From an uncultured Rickettsiales bacterium (GTDB lineage: Bacteria; Myxococcota_A; UBA796; UBA9615; CAYRNR01): a DNA stretch of 64,000 bases. Where the stretch lies: positions 4,109 to 68,108 of the forward strand of contig CAZBPN010000004.1 in the NCBI GenBank assembly GCA_964493735.1, in the 5' to 3' direction. Shown one piece after another: positions 1-8,135 of this stretch (position 1 is its first letter; each line of letters begins with the position of its first letter). The notes under the pieces were generated by a model. The model had not been told where the DNA came from, did no database searches, and worked only from the letters and a program-made list of their open reading frames with translations. A program made the translations under genes and the position numbers.

Positions 1-318
1 GAGCACCCCGTTGTCCGGGGGGGCGTCGGCGATCGGGTTGGTGGCGTCGATGACCGTCTTGCCGGCCAGCTCGTCGCTGCCGCACAGGGCCAGGGCGGCC
101 TCGGCGGCCGTGCCCTTGACCGCCAGGACCACCAGCTCGCCCCATCTCGCCGCCTCGGCGAAGGTGCCCGCGCTCGCCCGCTCGCCGGCGTCCGCCGCCC
201 AGTCCGCCAGAGCGTCCGGGTTCCGGGAAGAGCGCATCACCTCGTATCCGTTGTCCAGAAAGCCCGTCGCCAGGGCTCCGCTGACGATCCCGGAGCCGAT
301 GATCGCGACCTTGCTCAT
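1..318 (-). CDS. NAD(P)-binding oxidoreductase resembling F420-dependent NADP reductase; only the N-terminal part is in the window, the C-terminus runs off the left edge
   Basis: The reverse complement of 1-318 translates MSKVAIIGSGIVSGALATGFLDNGYEVMRSSRNPDALADW..., a Rossmann GxGxxG N-terminus typical of the F420-dependent NADP oxidoreductase family. The ATG is at 316-318 on the complement. This ORF was not in the supplied ORF track because it is truncated. Confidence 0.55.
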   Translation of the reverse strand, partial: MSKVAIIGSGIVSGALATGFLDNGYEVMRSSRNPDALADWAADAGERASAGTFAEAARWGELVVLAVKGTAAEAALALCGSDELAGKTVIDATNPIADAPPDNGVL

Positions 319-408
319 GTCGTTCCCCTGTCTCGCGGGCCCGCTCCGTGCCCGCGTCGTGTGTTCGTCCTTGTCACTAAGGGTGATCCGAGCGGTTTCA
401 ACTCGTGA

Positions 409-1635
409 TCAGGCGAACAGCGGCAGCTGGACCGGTCCGGTCGGAACGTCGTCCATGACCGTCCTGCCGCCGCGCGAGGCGGCCTGGCGCCACTCGTCGT
501 CGACGATCGCGTCGAACGAGGGGCCGCTCGCTTCCCGCTCCAGCCGCCGGACCCGGCGCTCGATGCGGCGCAGGGCCTCGACCTTGTCGGAGCGGCCGAT
601 GCGGGCCTGGTCGACCGCTCCGCGGAGAGCGTGGAGGGTGCGGTCGTACACCTTCAGGGGGACGGGGAAGGGGTGGCCGTCCTTGCCCCCGTGGGCGAAG
701 GCGTAGCGGGCGGGGTCGTCGAAGCGGCTCGGCGCGCCGAAGGCCACCTCGGCGACCAGCGCGATGGCCTGCATCGTCCGCGGCCCGAGGCCGGGGGTCA
801 GCAGCAGGTCGTCGAACTGCCCGGCGCCGGCCTCCCGGGCGGTCGCCAGCACGCCGTGGAGCCGTCGCAGGAAGACGTCACTGGCCCGGACCTCGTGGTG
901 GGCCGGCATCTGGAGGTGGCGCTGCCCCGCGATCCGGCGGACCTCGTCGACCGCCACGTCCGGCGCGCCCGTGGCGAGCTCCAGCGAGGCCGTCCGGGCG
1001 TGGGCCGAGCGGCGGTCGGTGAGGTTGACGATGGTCCCCTGGGGCGGCCCGACCACCGCGTCGTGGGGTTCCTCGACGAACGAGGACACGGACTCGGACC
1101 GCCAGTGGTAGCGGCGAGCCTGGCGGGCGTCGCCGTTCATGCCCTGCTGGACCACGACCCAGTCGCCGCCGTCGGTCAGCACGAAGGAGTGGAGGTAGAG
1201 CTGGAAGCCGTCCTGGAGGGCCACGCCGTCGACCTTGGCCACGAGCTTGCTCGTGCGGACCAGCGCCTCGCCGTCCAGCCCGAGCCGGTCCCCCAGCGCC
1301 AGCAGCTCCTCCGGGGTCCGGCGGGAGTGCCGCCCCCGCCCGCCACACACGTGGAGCCCCAGCTCGCCTGCCCGGGGCGTCAGCCCGCGCTTGAGGGCCC
1401 CCATCACCGAGGTGGTGATCCCCGACGAGTGCCAGTCCATGCCCATGGCGGCCCCGAAGGCCTGGAACCAGAACGGATCGGCCAGCCGCCGCAGGAAACC
1501 CCGTCTCCCCTCGGTGACGACCACCACCTCGGCGATGGCTGCCCCCAGTTCGGCCATCCGGCTCGCGAGCCACCGGGGCACACGACCGTTGTGCAGGGGG
1601 AGGGATGCGGTTCCGGCGCGGCTGGACATGAACAA
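409..1635 (-). CDS. conserved hypothetical protein, possibly DUF763-like
   Basis: 408-aa ORF with protein-like composition (HSSGITTSVMGALKRGL, HVCGGRGRHSRRTPEEL). The family assignment is from memory only. Confidence 0.5.
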   Translation of the reverse strand: MFMSSRAGTASLPLHNGRVPRWLASRMAELGAAIAEVVVVTEGRRGFLRRLADPFWFQAFGAAMGMDWHSSGITTSVMGALKRGLTPRAGELGLHVCGGRGRHSRRTPEELLALGDRLGLDGEALVRTSKLVAKVDGVALQDGFQLYLHSFVLTDGGDWVVVQQGMNGDARQARRYHWRSESVSSFVEEPHDAVVGPPQGTIVNLTDRRSAHARTASLELATGAPDVAVDEVRRIAGQRHLQMPAHHEVRASDVFLRRLHGVLATAREAGAGQFDDLLLTPGLGPRTMQAIALVAEVAFGAPSRFDDPARYAFAHGGKDGHPFPVPLKVYDRTLHALRGAVDQARIGRSDKVEALRRIERRVRRLEREASGPSFDAIVDDEWRQAASRGGRTVMDDVPTGPVQLPLFA

Positions 1636-1693
1636 TTGTTCAGTACCGCGTCGGGCGGGTCATGTCAAGGTCGGAGCATGGTCGTCCGCGGCG

Positions 1694-3097
1694 TCAGCAG
1701 CCGTCGTTGGCCCCGCCCGGCGTGCCCAGATCGCCGTCGCCGTAGCTCGAGCTGGCCTCGCACCAGTGGGAGCCGTCGTCGTTGGCGGTGTGGGTCAGGT
1801 AGGCCGGGGCCAGGCTCATCGACGCCCCGGTGGGATCGGGGAAGGTGGCGCCGTCGTCCCAGGCGATCCGGTCGATCTGAAGACCGCCGCAGCTGAGGAT
1901 CAGCTCGTCGTCGCCGTTGGTCAGGTTCAGTCCGCCGCCGTACTCGTAGTCCAGCGAGACACCGCCGTTGAGCCAGGTGTCGGCCTCGGTGCCCAGGACC
2001 ACGTAGCCACCGCCCCACACGACCAGCGGGCCCGCGATGGTGTGGTCCAGCCCGTCGTCGTCGGACAGCTGGCAGCCCTCCAGGTCCAGGGAACTGCCGG
2101 TGGTGTTGTGGAGCTCGAACCACTCCCCGTCGTTGTCGGAGACCGCAGCCGGGTTCTGCATCACCTCGGTGACGATGACACCGCCCACCGGGACACCGCC
2201 CCCTCCGCCGCAGTCGTCGTTCGCGGCGCCCGGCGTGCCCAGGTCGCCGTCGCCGTAGCTGGAGCTGGCCTCGCACCAGTGAGAGCCGTCGTCGTTGGCG
2301 CCCGCGTCCAGGGATCCGGGATCCAGGCTCATCGATGCGCCGTCCGGATCCGGGAAGTCCGGCCCGCCGTCGTACTCCACGGCGTCCACGGTCAGCCCCG
2401 CGCAGTCCAGGTAGATCTCGTCGTCGGAGTTGGAGAGGCTGACGGCGCCACCGTACTCGTAGTCGACCACGGCGCCGCCGTTGAGCAGCTGGTTCCCCAG
2501 CGCGCCGAGGACCAGGTAGTCGCCGGGACCCACCAGCAGGCTCGTCCCCGGGCTGATCACGTGGGAGTCCGCCCCGGCGTCGGAGACCACCCAGCCCATC
2601 AGGTCCACGAAGCCGCCGCTGGCGTTGTAGATCTCGAACCACTCCCCCTCGCCGTCGGCGACGGCCAAGGGGTTGGGCATGATCTCGCTGATCACCACGT
2701 CGCCGAACGAGACGAAGTCCTCGTCCGCGATCCCGTCGCAGTCCTGGTCGACGCCGTCGTCGATCTCGGCGGCTCCGGGGTGCACGCCCGGGTCCCCGTC
2801 GTCGCAGTCGTCCGGCTCCTCGTACCCGTCCCCATCGGCGTCGCCCGGCGCCGTGTCGTCGTCCCCGGTGTCGTCGTCCCCGGTGTCGTCGTCCCCGGTG
2901 TCGTCATCCCCGGTGTCGTCATCCCCGGTGTCGTCGTCGCCGGTGTCGTCGTCGCCGGTATCGTCGTCGCTGTTGTCGTCGTCGTCATCGTCGCCGTTGT
3001 CGTCGTCGTCCTGCGGCGGGGGCGGCGGCGGACAGCCGGCCCACAGCAGCGCGGCGAGCAGCAGGAGGGAGAGGCGCCACGGGATCCGGGCGTTCAT
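1694..3097 (-). CDS. secreted lipoprotein with an acidic (DDDTG)n linker and two tandem lamin-tail (LTD) domains
   Basis: Signal peptide plus lipobox LWAGC. Eight DDDTG repeats follow the lipobox. Two copies of the LTD signature are present: SEIMPNP..GEWFEIYN and TEVMQNP..GEWFELHN. A GAGGAGG ribosome-binding site lies upstream of the ATG. Confidence 0.75.
   Translation of the reverse strand: MNARIPWRLSLLLLAALLWAGCPPPPPPQDDDDNGDDDDDDNSDDDTGDDDTGDDDTGDDDTGDDDTGDDDTGDDDTGDDDTAPGDADGDGYEEPDDCDDGDPGVHPGAAEIDDGVDQDCDGIADEDFVSFGDVVISEIMPNPLAVADGEGEWFEIYNASGGFVDLMGWVVSDAGADSHVISPGTSLLVGPGDYLVLGALGNQLLNGGAVVDYEYGGAVSLSNSDDEIYLDCAGLTVDAVEYDGGPDFPDPDGASMSLDPGSLDAGANDDGSHWCEASSSYGDGDLGTPGAANDDCGGGGGVPVGGVIVTEVMQNPAAVSDNDGEWFELHNTTGSSLDLEGCQLSDDDGLDHTIAGPLVVWGGGYVVLGTEADTWLNGGVSLDYEYGGGLNLTNGDDELILSCGGLQIDRIAWDDGATFPDPTGASMSLAPAYLTHTANDDGSHWCEASSSYGDGDLGTPGGANDGC
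2853..2966. repeat. about 7.5 tandem copies of the 15-bp unit ccggtgtcgtcgtcc, which encodes (DDDTG)n on the minus strand
   Basis: Direct reading of lines 2821-3000 shows near-identical 15-mers in tandem. Confidence 0.8.
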
Positions 3098-3133
3098 GTC
3101 GGGACCTCCTCGTCCGGCGGGGGCGGCGCCGGA

Positions 3134-4072
3134 TCAGGGGACCAGTTTTGCCCCGAAGACCGAGTCGGATCCACTGTTGACCGTCGAATCCAGGATCACC
3201 TCGACCGTGCCCTCCAGGCAGTAGTGGCCGTGGTAGTCCCACACGTAGTCCCCGGAGGCATCCACCTGGTCGATGACCACGGCGTTGCCGTCCACGAGGA
3301 ACAGGGCGCCGTCGGGGTTGCGGTTCTCGGTGTGCCGGCCGCCCACGTACGCGTCGTACCAGCCGCGAGGCACGTTGGAGAAGGTGAACGTCGCGGTGCC
3401 GGTGCGCGATCCGTCCGGGGCGTACAGGGCGTCGCACTCCTCGTGCTCGTCCCCCGACGCCGTGTAGGCATAGGGCCGGCAGGTCAGCACCCAGTTGTGC
3501 CGCTCCGTGTAGGCGGCCACGTCGTAGTCGATCTCCATCTCGTAGGGCGGGTTGCCGGGATCCGTCTCGCAGGAGTCGTCGTCGTCGTCGTCTCCCCCGG
3601 GGAACTCGCACTCGCACCAGTCGGACTGGTGGCCGTTGACGTCGCCACAGCTCAGCACGTTCTGTGGCTCCTTGATGCAGCCCGGCTCACCGCCGTAGCG
3701 CCGGACGCAGACCATGCCGGCGGCCGCGCAGTAGGCCCCGCAGCCGGCGCCGTCGGTGAACACGCCGTTGCAGTAGTCGTCCCCGGTCTCACAGACCTCC
3801 CACGCCGGGTTGGTCTGGGAGATCAGCGAGCAGTCAGCCGGGGTGGTGTCGTCGTCCCCGGTGTCGTCGTCGGCCGTGTCGTCGTCTCCGGTGTCGTCGT
3901 CCCCGGTGTCGTCGTCCCCGGTGTCGTCGTCGGCGACGTCGTCGTCGTCCCCCGTCAGGTCGTCGTCGTCGCCCACGTCGTCGTCGCCGGCCACGTCGTC
4001 GTCGTGTACCGACGTACAGCTCAGCGCCCAGGGAGACAGTGCGAGCAACAAGGCCAGGATCGTGACACGCAT
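3134..4072 (-). CDS. secreted Cys-rich lipoprotein with an acidic (DDDTG)n linker; function unknown
   Basis: Signal peptide with lipobox LSC, then a DDDTG repeat, then a Cys-rich module and a C-terminal domain of unknown function. A GGAGGGG ribosome-binding site is upstream. Confidence 0.65.
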   Translation of the reverse strand: MRVTILALLLALSPWALSCTSVHDDDVAGDDDVGDDDDLTGDDDDVADDDTGDDDTGDDDTGDDDTADDDTGDDDTTPADCSLISQTNPAWEVCETGDDYCNGVFTDGAGCGAYCAAAGMVCVRRYGGEPGCIKEPQNVLSCGDVNGHQSDWCECEFPGGDDDDDDSCETDPGNPPYEMEIDYDVAAYTERHNWVLTCRPYAYTASGDEHEECDALYAPDGSRTGTATFTFSNVPRGWYDAYVGGRHTENRNPDGALFLVDGNAVVIDQVDASGDYVWDYHGHYCLEGTVEVILDSTVNSGSDSVFGAKLVP

Positions 4073-4139
4073 GGGGCCCCTCCGTCCGTCGGCAGGATAC
4101 CAGAGGGGGCGGCGTACCCCGCCGCTGGCGGATCGGGGA

Positions 4140-5084
4140 TCAGCCGAGGCGGGTCAGGAGCTCGGCGTGGGGTTCGTCTCCCAGGTCGCGGAGGCGAACG
4201 CGCTGGGCGGCCAAGAGGGCCGCCAGGTTGATCGCGGGGCGGTCGTCGCGGGCGGCGTCGGTGGCGTCGAGCAGGACGATGCGCAGGCGCGGCACGGTGG
4301 TCAGGGCGCGGGCCGCAGCCTCCTGCTCGGCGAGCATCGCCTCGTGGCCGGGGTGGGAGCCCACGTTGCCCCGCCCATCGGTGATCAGGACCAGCAACCG
4401 CCGCCGTCCATCATCCCGCCGTCCGTCCGCGGCCAGGGTGTCCAGGGATCGCTGCAGCGCGGACGCCAGTGGCGTCGTCCCGCCGCAGGGTAGACCGGCG
4501 ACGGCGCGCCGCACCAGCTCGGCCTGGGCGGTGGGCCGCAGCAGCAGGGGGGCATCACGGCCGGCGAACGCGATCAGCGCGACCTGGTCCCGCTGCAGGT
4601 AGGCGTCTCGCAGCAGGCCGACGGCGGCCCGCCGCGCCAGGGCGATCCGCTCGCCGCCCATGGAGCCGGAGGCGTCCACCGTGAACAGGACGAGGCGGCC
4701 CGGCCGGATGCGTCGGCGATGAGCGCGGAGGTCGGTCCGATCCAGACGCAGGGGCAGCTCCGGGGCACCGCTGGCCCCGAGTCGGGGCGCCGCCCGCGCC
4801 AGGGTCTGCGTCCAGGCCAGGTCCCGGGAACCGTCGGCCGGCCGGCTGCCCCAGGGGTGTCCCCGGTGGGGCCGCCCCGACGGCACCGACCGGCCCCGGC
4901 GCCGGCCGGGGTTGGCGGTCCGTTCCCGGTCGCCCGACAAGACCTGCTCCTCCCCGGGGAGGGGGGCAAGCAGGGGGGCGTCGGCGTTCGCCGGGGCGAA
5001 CAGCCCGAGCCCGAACAGCCCTTCTGAAGGGGATGCCGGCGCCTTGCCGTCCCGTGCCGCGGCGGTCGCGACGTCGCCCTGCAA
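4140..5084 (-). CDS. VWA (von Willebrand factor A) domain protein resembling the C-terminal half of the ChlD/BchD subunit. The start codon is uncertain: TTG at 5084 or GTG at 4886, or the protein is made as a fusion by a minus-one frameshift from the upstream ChlI-like gene
   Basis: The C-terminal 250 aa carry the MIDAS motif (VLFTVDASGSMGG) and match the ChlD-type VWA domain (LITDGRGNV). This frame has no in-frame ATG upstream of the VWA domain. The same frame continues upstream through a Pro-rich linker (RRPPPLTPGAPDREPPPPQ) to the ChlI-like stop codon. Confidence 0.5.
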   Translation of the reverse strand: MQGDVATAAARDGKAPASPSEGLFGLGLFAPANADAPLLAPLPGEEQVLSGDRERTANPGRRRGRSVPSGRPHRGHPWGSRPADGSRDLAWTQTLARAAPRLGASGAPELPLRLDRTDLRAHRRRIRPGRLVLFTVDASGSMGGERIALARRAAVGLLRDAYLQRDQVALIAFAGRDAPLLLRPTAQAELVRRAVAGLPCGGTTPLASALQRSLDTLAADGRRDDGRRRLLVLITDGRGNVGSHPGHEAMLAEQEAAARALTTVPRLRIVLLDATDAARDDRPAINLAALLAAQRVRLRDLGDEPHAELLTRLG

Positions 5085-5179
5085 CCGGCGGCCGTGGTTG
5101 CGGATGGCGTCCTGTGGGGGCGGAGGCTCTCGGTCGGGCGCGCCGGGGGTCAGCGGCGGGGGCCGCCTCGCCGCGGCGC

Positions 5180-6226
5180 TCAGGCTTTTTTTGCAGGAGC
5201 TTCCAGCATCTCCCGGGCCCGCCCGCGCAGCTCGTCGGGAGTCAGGCTCGCCTCCTCGAACGGGCGGCGACGGAGGCGGTGGGCGTACACCAGCGGCGCG
5301 GCCCGCTCCAGGTCGTCGGCGACCAGCTCGTCGCGGCCGGCCAGGGCGGCGAGGGCCATCGCCCCCTTGATCAGCAGCAGGTCGGCCCGGTGGCCGTCCA
5401 CCTCCAGGGAGAGGGAGAGCTCGGCCGCGGCCTCGAGCCAGCGGCGGGCGGGCCGGACCGCGGGCAGCCGCGCCCGCGCCGCGGCGATGGCCGTGGCCTC
5501 CTCGTTCTCCCGGTCGGCCCAGCGGGCGATGAAGCCCGCCGGATCCGCCTCGAAGGCCAGGTTGCGCTCGACGATCTCGGCCCGGCGGTCGGCGTCGGGC
5601 AGGTGGGCGATCTCCGCGCACAGGCCGAAACGGTCCTGCAGCTGGGGCCGCAGTTCCCCCTCCTCCGGGTTCATGGTGCCCACCAGCAGGAACTCGGCCG
5701 GGTGGCACACGGAGATCCCCTCCCGGGAGACCACGTTGACCCCGGACGCGGCCGCGTCCAGGAGCAGGTCCACCAGGGGGTCGTCGAGCAGGTTGACCTC
5801 GTCCACGTACAGGACCCCGCCGTTGACCCGGGCCAGCAACCCGGGCTCGAAGCGGCGGCGGCCGGACTGGAGCGCGTGCTCGATGTCCAGACTGCCCAGC
5901 AGGCGGTCCTCGGTGATGCCGAGGGGCAGGGTCTCGAAGGGCGCCCGGCGGCCCACGGGATCCGGGTCACCCTCCAGGGCCCGGCAGTCGTCGCACCAGT
6001 CCGCCGGGCGATCGGTCGCGCAACCGAACGCGCAGCCCCCGTTCACCCGCCCCACGGGGAGCAGTCGCGCCACTCCCCGGGCCAGGGTCGACTTGGCCGT
6101 GCCCTTCTCGCCGCGGATCAGCAGCCCGCCCAGGGCGGGATTGACCGCCAGCATCCGCAGCCCGAGCTTGACCTCGTCGTGTCCGACCACTGCGGACAGG
6201 GGCATCACGCGTTCCTCGGGCCGCAT
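5180..6226 (-). CDS. AAA+ ATPase of the magnesium-chelatase subunit I (ChlI/BchI) family, with a 4-Cys insert
   Basis: Walker A motif GEKGTAKST and the ChlI-typical blocks LLARVNGGVLYVDEVNLL and LVGTMNPEEGELRPQLQDRFGL are present. There is a Cys-rich insert, CAFGCATDRPADWCDDC. Confidence 0.85.
   Translation of the reverse strand: MRPEERVMPLSAVVGHDEVKLGLRMLAVNPALGGLLIRGEKGTAKSTLARGVARLLPVGRVNGGCAFGCATDRPADWCDDCRALEGDPDPVGRRAPFETLPLGITEDRLLGSLDIEHALQSGRRRFEPGLLARVNGGVLYVDEVNLLDDPLVDLLLDAAASGVNVVSREGISVCHPAEFLLVGTMNPEEGELRPQLQDRFGLCAEIAHLPDADRRAEIVERNLAFEADPAGFIARWADRENEEATAIAAARARLPAVRPARRWLEAAAELSLSLEVDGHRADLLLIKGAMALAALAGRDELVADDLERAAPLVYAHRLRRRPFEEASLTPDELRGRAREMLEAPAKKA
5186..5192 (-). other. 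A7 homopolymer (A_AAA_AAA followed by G) sitting two codons before the ChlI-like stop; candidate minus-one frameshift site or homopolymer sequencing error
   Basis: On the minus strand the zero frame reads GCA AAA AAA GCC TGA (A K K A stop). The minus-one frame reads TGC AAA AAA AGC CTG (C K K S L) and continues into the Pro-rich linker and VWA domain. Confidence 0.4.
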
Positions 6227-6248
6227 CGGGTCTCCCTCGCCGCTGGAT

Positions 6249-8096
6249 TCAGAAGCCGAAACCGAGCGCCCGTCGGCGCACCATCTGCTGGATGTAGTCG
6301 TCCACCTCGGCGTCCCGGTTGCGCCACCCGGCGGCCCGCACTCCCCGCAACGCCATGTCGATGGTGGTGTAGCGGACCTCCTCGAGCGCCCGCTCCGCCT
6401 TGACCTTGATCGGGCTGCCGCCGGGCCACTCGGTCTTGTAGGGCACCGGCGAGCCGTTCACCACGGCCTTGTCATAGGTGTAGCGCTTGAACGGCTCCTC
6501 CTTGGGGTGGCGATTGATCGGGTCGACCAGCTGGCGGGCCTTCAGGGCAGTCGCCAGCCCGTCGAGGGCGCCGGAGACCGCCTTCATCACCGGGGTCGGC
6601 TCGCCGATCAGCTGGCGGTAGCGCTCGTCGGCCTTGCGCACCCGTCGGCGGACCACGCCGTTGGGGGCGAAGCGGTCCATGCCCTTGAGCAGCAGCCAGA
6701 AGGTGGCGCTCTGCCGCTTGAAGTGCAGCGCCCGGTGACGCCGCAGCACCGGGTTGTCCGAGCGCCGGCAGTACTCGTAGCCGTTCATCAGCACGTCCAG
6801 GCGGCGCAGCAGCGACGGCCCCCAGGTGCGGTAGAGCAGGTCGTAGCCGTACTCGGTCAGGTTGAGGGTCTCGTGGGGCGCCAGCGACAGGTTCTTCTGG
6901 GCGCCGCTCCAGAAGTGCACGTCCTCCCAGGGCACGTCGTCGATCCGCCCCTCCTCCTTCAGCCGGTCCCACAGGGCCGTGCCCGGGAAGGGCGAGAGGC
7001 GGGTCAGCTGCTGGTAGGTGGGCATCAGCGACACGAAGTAGTTCAGGTCCTCGTGGATGTTGGTGTGGTCGTGGAAGTCCCAGCCGCAGATCCAGGCGCC
7101 CACGGTGCGGATCCCCATCGAGTGCAGCCGCGAGAAGCACTCGGCGGCGTCGATCTCGTCCCGCTTGTCGTAGCCGTGGTCGCCGGCGAACTTGGACTCC
7201 ACGCCGATGAAGACCGTGCCCAGCCCCAGCTCGGCGATGGCGTCCCAGCCGTACTTCTTCGCGAACTTGCCGATGTGGTCGATGGAGCCGAACCCGAACC
7301 AGTCGACGGCCTCCATCATCTCCGGGTGCCCCATCCAGTAGGGCCGCATCTCGTCCAGGTAGGCCGGCTGGCGGAAGTGGTCCTCCTCGACCACGAAGAC
7401 CTGGCGCACGTCCGGGAAGTGCTGGAAGTACAGGTGCATGTGCTCCACCAGCTCCTTGGGCGACAGCAGCTCGATGCGCTTGCGGTCGAACAGGGCGGTG
7501 GTCGAGCAGAAGTCGCAGCCGCCGATGCAGCCCAGCCCCGACACCAGGAAGCCGACCGCGCCCTTGGGATAGCGGCTGATGTAGGGCACGGTCCCGCCGG
7601 CCTTGGGCATCAGCGCCTGGCGGATCGGCCGGTCGGTGGCCTCGCCCAGCAGGCTGCGCATGAAGCGCACGCCCTCGCCGCTGACCACCCCGTCCACGTA
7701 CTGGCTCTGCTCCGCCTCGTCGTAGCTGGCCTGGAACGCCTGGCCGGCGTAGGAGCCCAGCAGGATCTTGGTGGCCGGCGATCGCTGGCGCACGTAGCGG
7801 CACATCTCCAGCACGCGGTCCAGGTGGACCGGGTAGGCGCTGATGCCCACCACCGGGTACCCCTTGTCGATCTCGGCGGTGAAGTCCTCCCAGCGGGGGT
7901 ACTCCAGCAGCACGGTCGGCGTGTCCACGTTCTGCGCCAGGATGTGGTTGGCGAAGCAGTGGGTGTGGGAGATCAACGAGAAGATGTCGTCCCCCTTGGT
8001 GAACCGCTGCCCGGTGGCGTCGGTCAACGAGTCGTTGGCCGGCAGGGTCGGGTAGGGGTAGGTCGGGGTGGTCAGCAGGATGCGGTTCTCCAGCAT
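6249..8096 (-). CDS. B12-binding-domain radical SAM enzyme (class B radical SAM methylase-like)
   Basis: The CX3CX2C cluster motif is present as GCIGGCDFCS, within a 615-aa protein that has an N-terminal Rossmann-like B12-binding region. The subfamily (BchE, HpnJ, HpnR or other) cannot be resolved by eye. Confidence 0.8.
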   Translation of the reverse strand: MLENRILLTTPTYPYPTLPANDSLTDATGQRFTKGDDIFSLISHTHCFANHILAQNVDTPTVLLEYPRWEDFTAEIDKGYPVVGISAYPVHLDRVLEMCRYVRQRSPATKILLGSYAGQAFQASYDEAEQSQYVDGVVSGEGVRFMRSLLGEATDRPIRQALMPKAGGTVPYISRYPKGAVGFLVSGLGCIGGCDFCSTTALFDRKRIELLSPKELVEHMHLYFQHFPDVRQVFVVEEDHFRQPAYLDEMRPYWMGHPEMMEAVDWFGFGSIDHIGKFAKKYGWDAIAELGLGTVFIGVESKFAGDHGYDKRDEIDAAECFSRLHSMGIRTVGAWICGWDFHDHTNIHEDLNYFVSLMPTYQQLTRLSPFPGTALWDRLKEEGRIDDVPWEDVHFWSGAQKNLSLAPHETLNLTEYGYDLLYRTWGPSLLRRLDVLMNGYEYCRRSDNPVLRRHRALHFKRQSATFWLLLKGMDRFAPNGVVRRRVRKADERYRQLIGEPTPVMKAVSGALDGLATALKARQLVDPINRHPKEEPFKRYTYDKAVVNGSPVPYKTEWPGGSPIKVKAERALEEVRYTTIDMALRGVRAAGWRNRDAEVDDYIQQMVRRRALGFGF

Positions 8097-8135
8097 CTCT
8101 CGGCTCCTATCGCCGCGCGTCGGGGCGGCGGTTGA

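Noticed and set aside
2853-2966. Tandem 15-bp repeats considered as a CRISPR or minisatellite array
   Set aside because: The repeats are contiguous with no spacers, and they are in frame within lipoprotein genes. They are coding acidic linkers, not a CRISPR array.
2673-3224. (SSSPV)n-repeat ORFs, also seen at 3810-4493, 28767-29486 and 47808-48611
   Set aside because: These are reverse-complement readings of the (DDDTG)n 15-bp tandem repeats. They are not independent genes.
1235-4231. 998-aa plus-strand ORF
   Set aside because: It is antisense to the DUF763-like gene and the two lipoprotein genes. It contains VVVPG- and SSPV-like repeats that mirror the D-repeat coding strand.
4140-6226. 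Interpretation of the ChlI-like/VWA pair as a photosynthetic Mg-chelatase (bchI/bchD)
   Set aside because: No ChlH/BchH large subunit or other bch genes are nearby. The Myxococcota-like context makes a non-photosynthetic AAA+/VWA function more likely.
5094-8135. 1013-aa plus-strand ORF spanning the ChlI-like and radical SAM region
   Set aside because: It is antisense to three well-supported minus-strand genes. The composition is Arg/Ala/Gly-rich with no domain signature, which is a typical high-GC shadow ORF.
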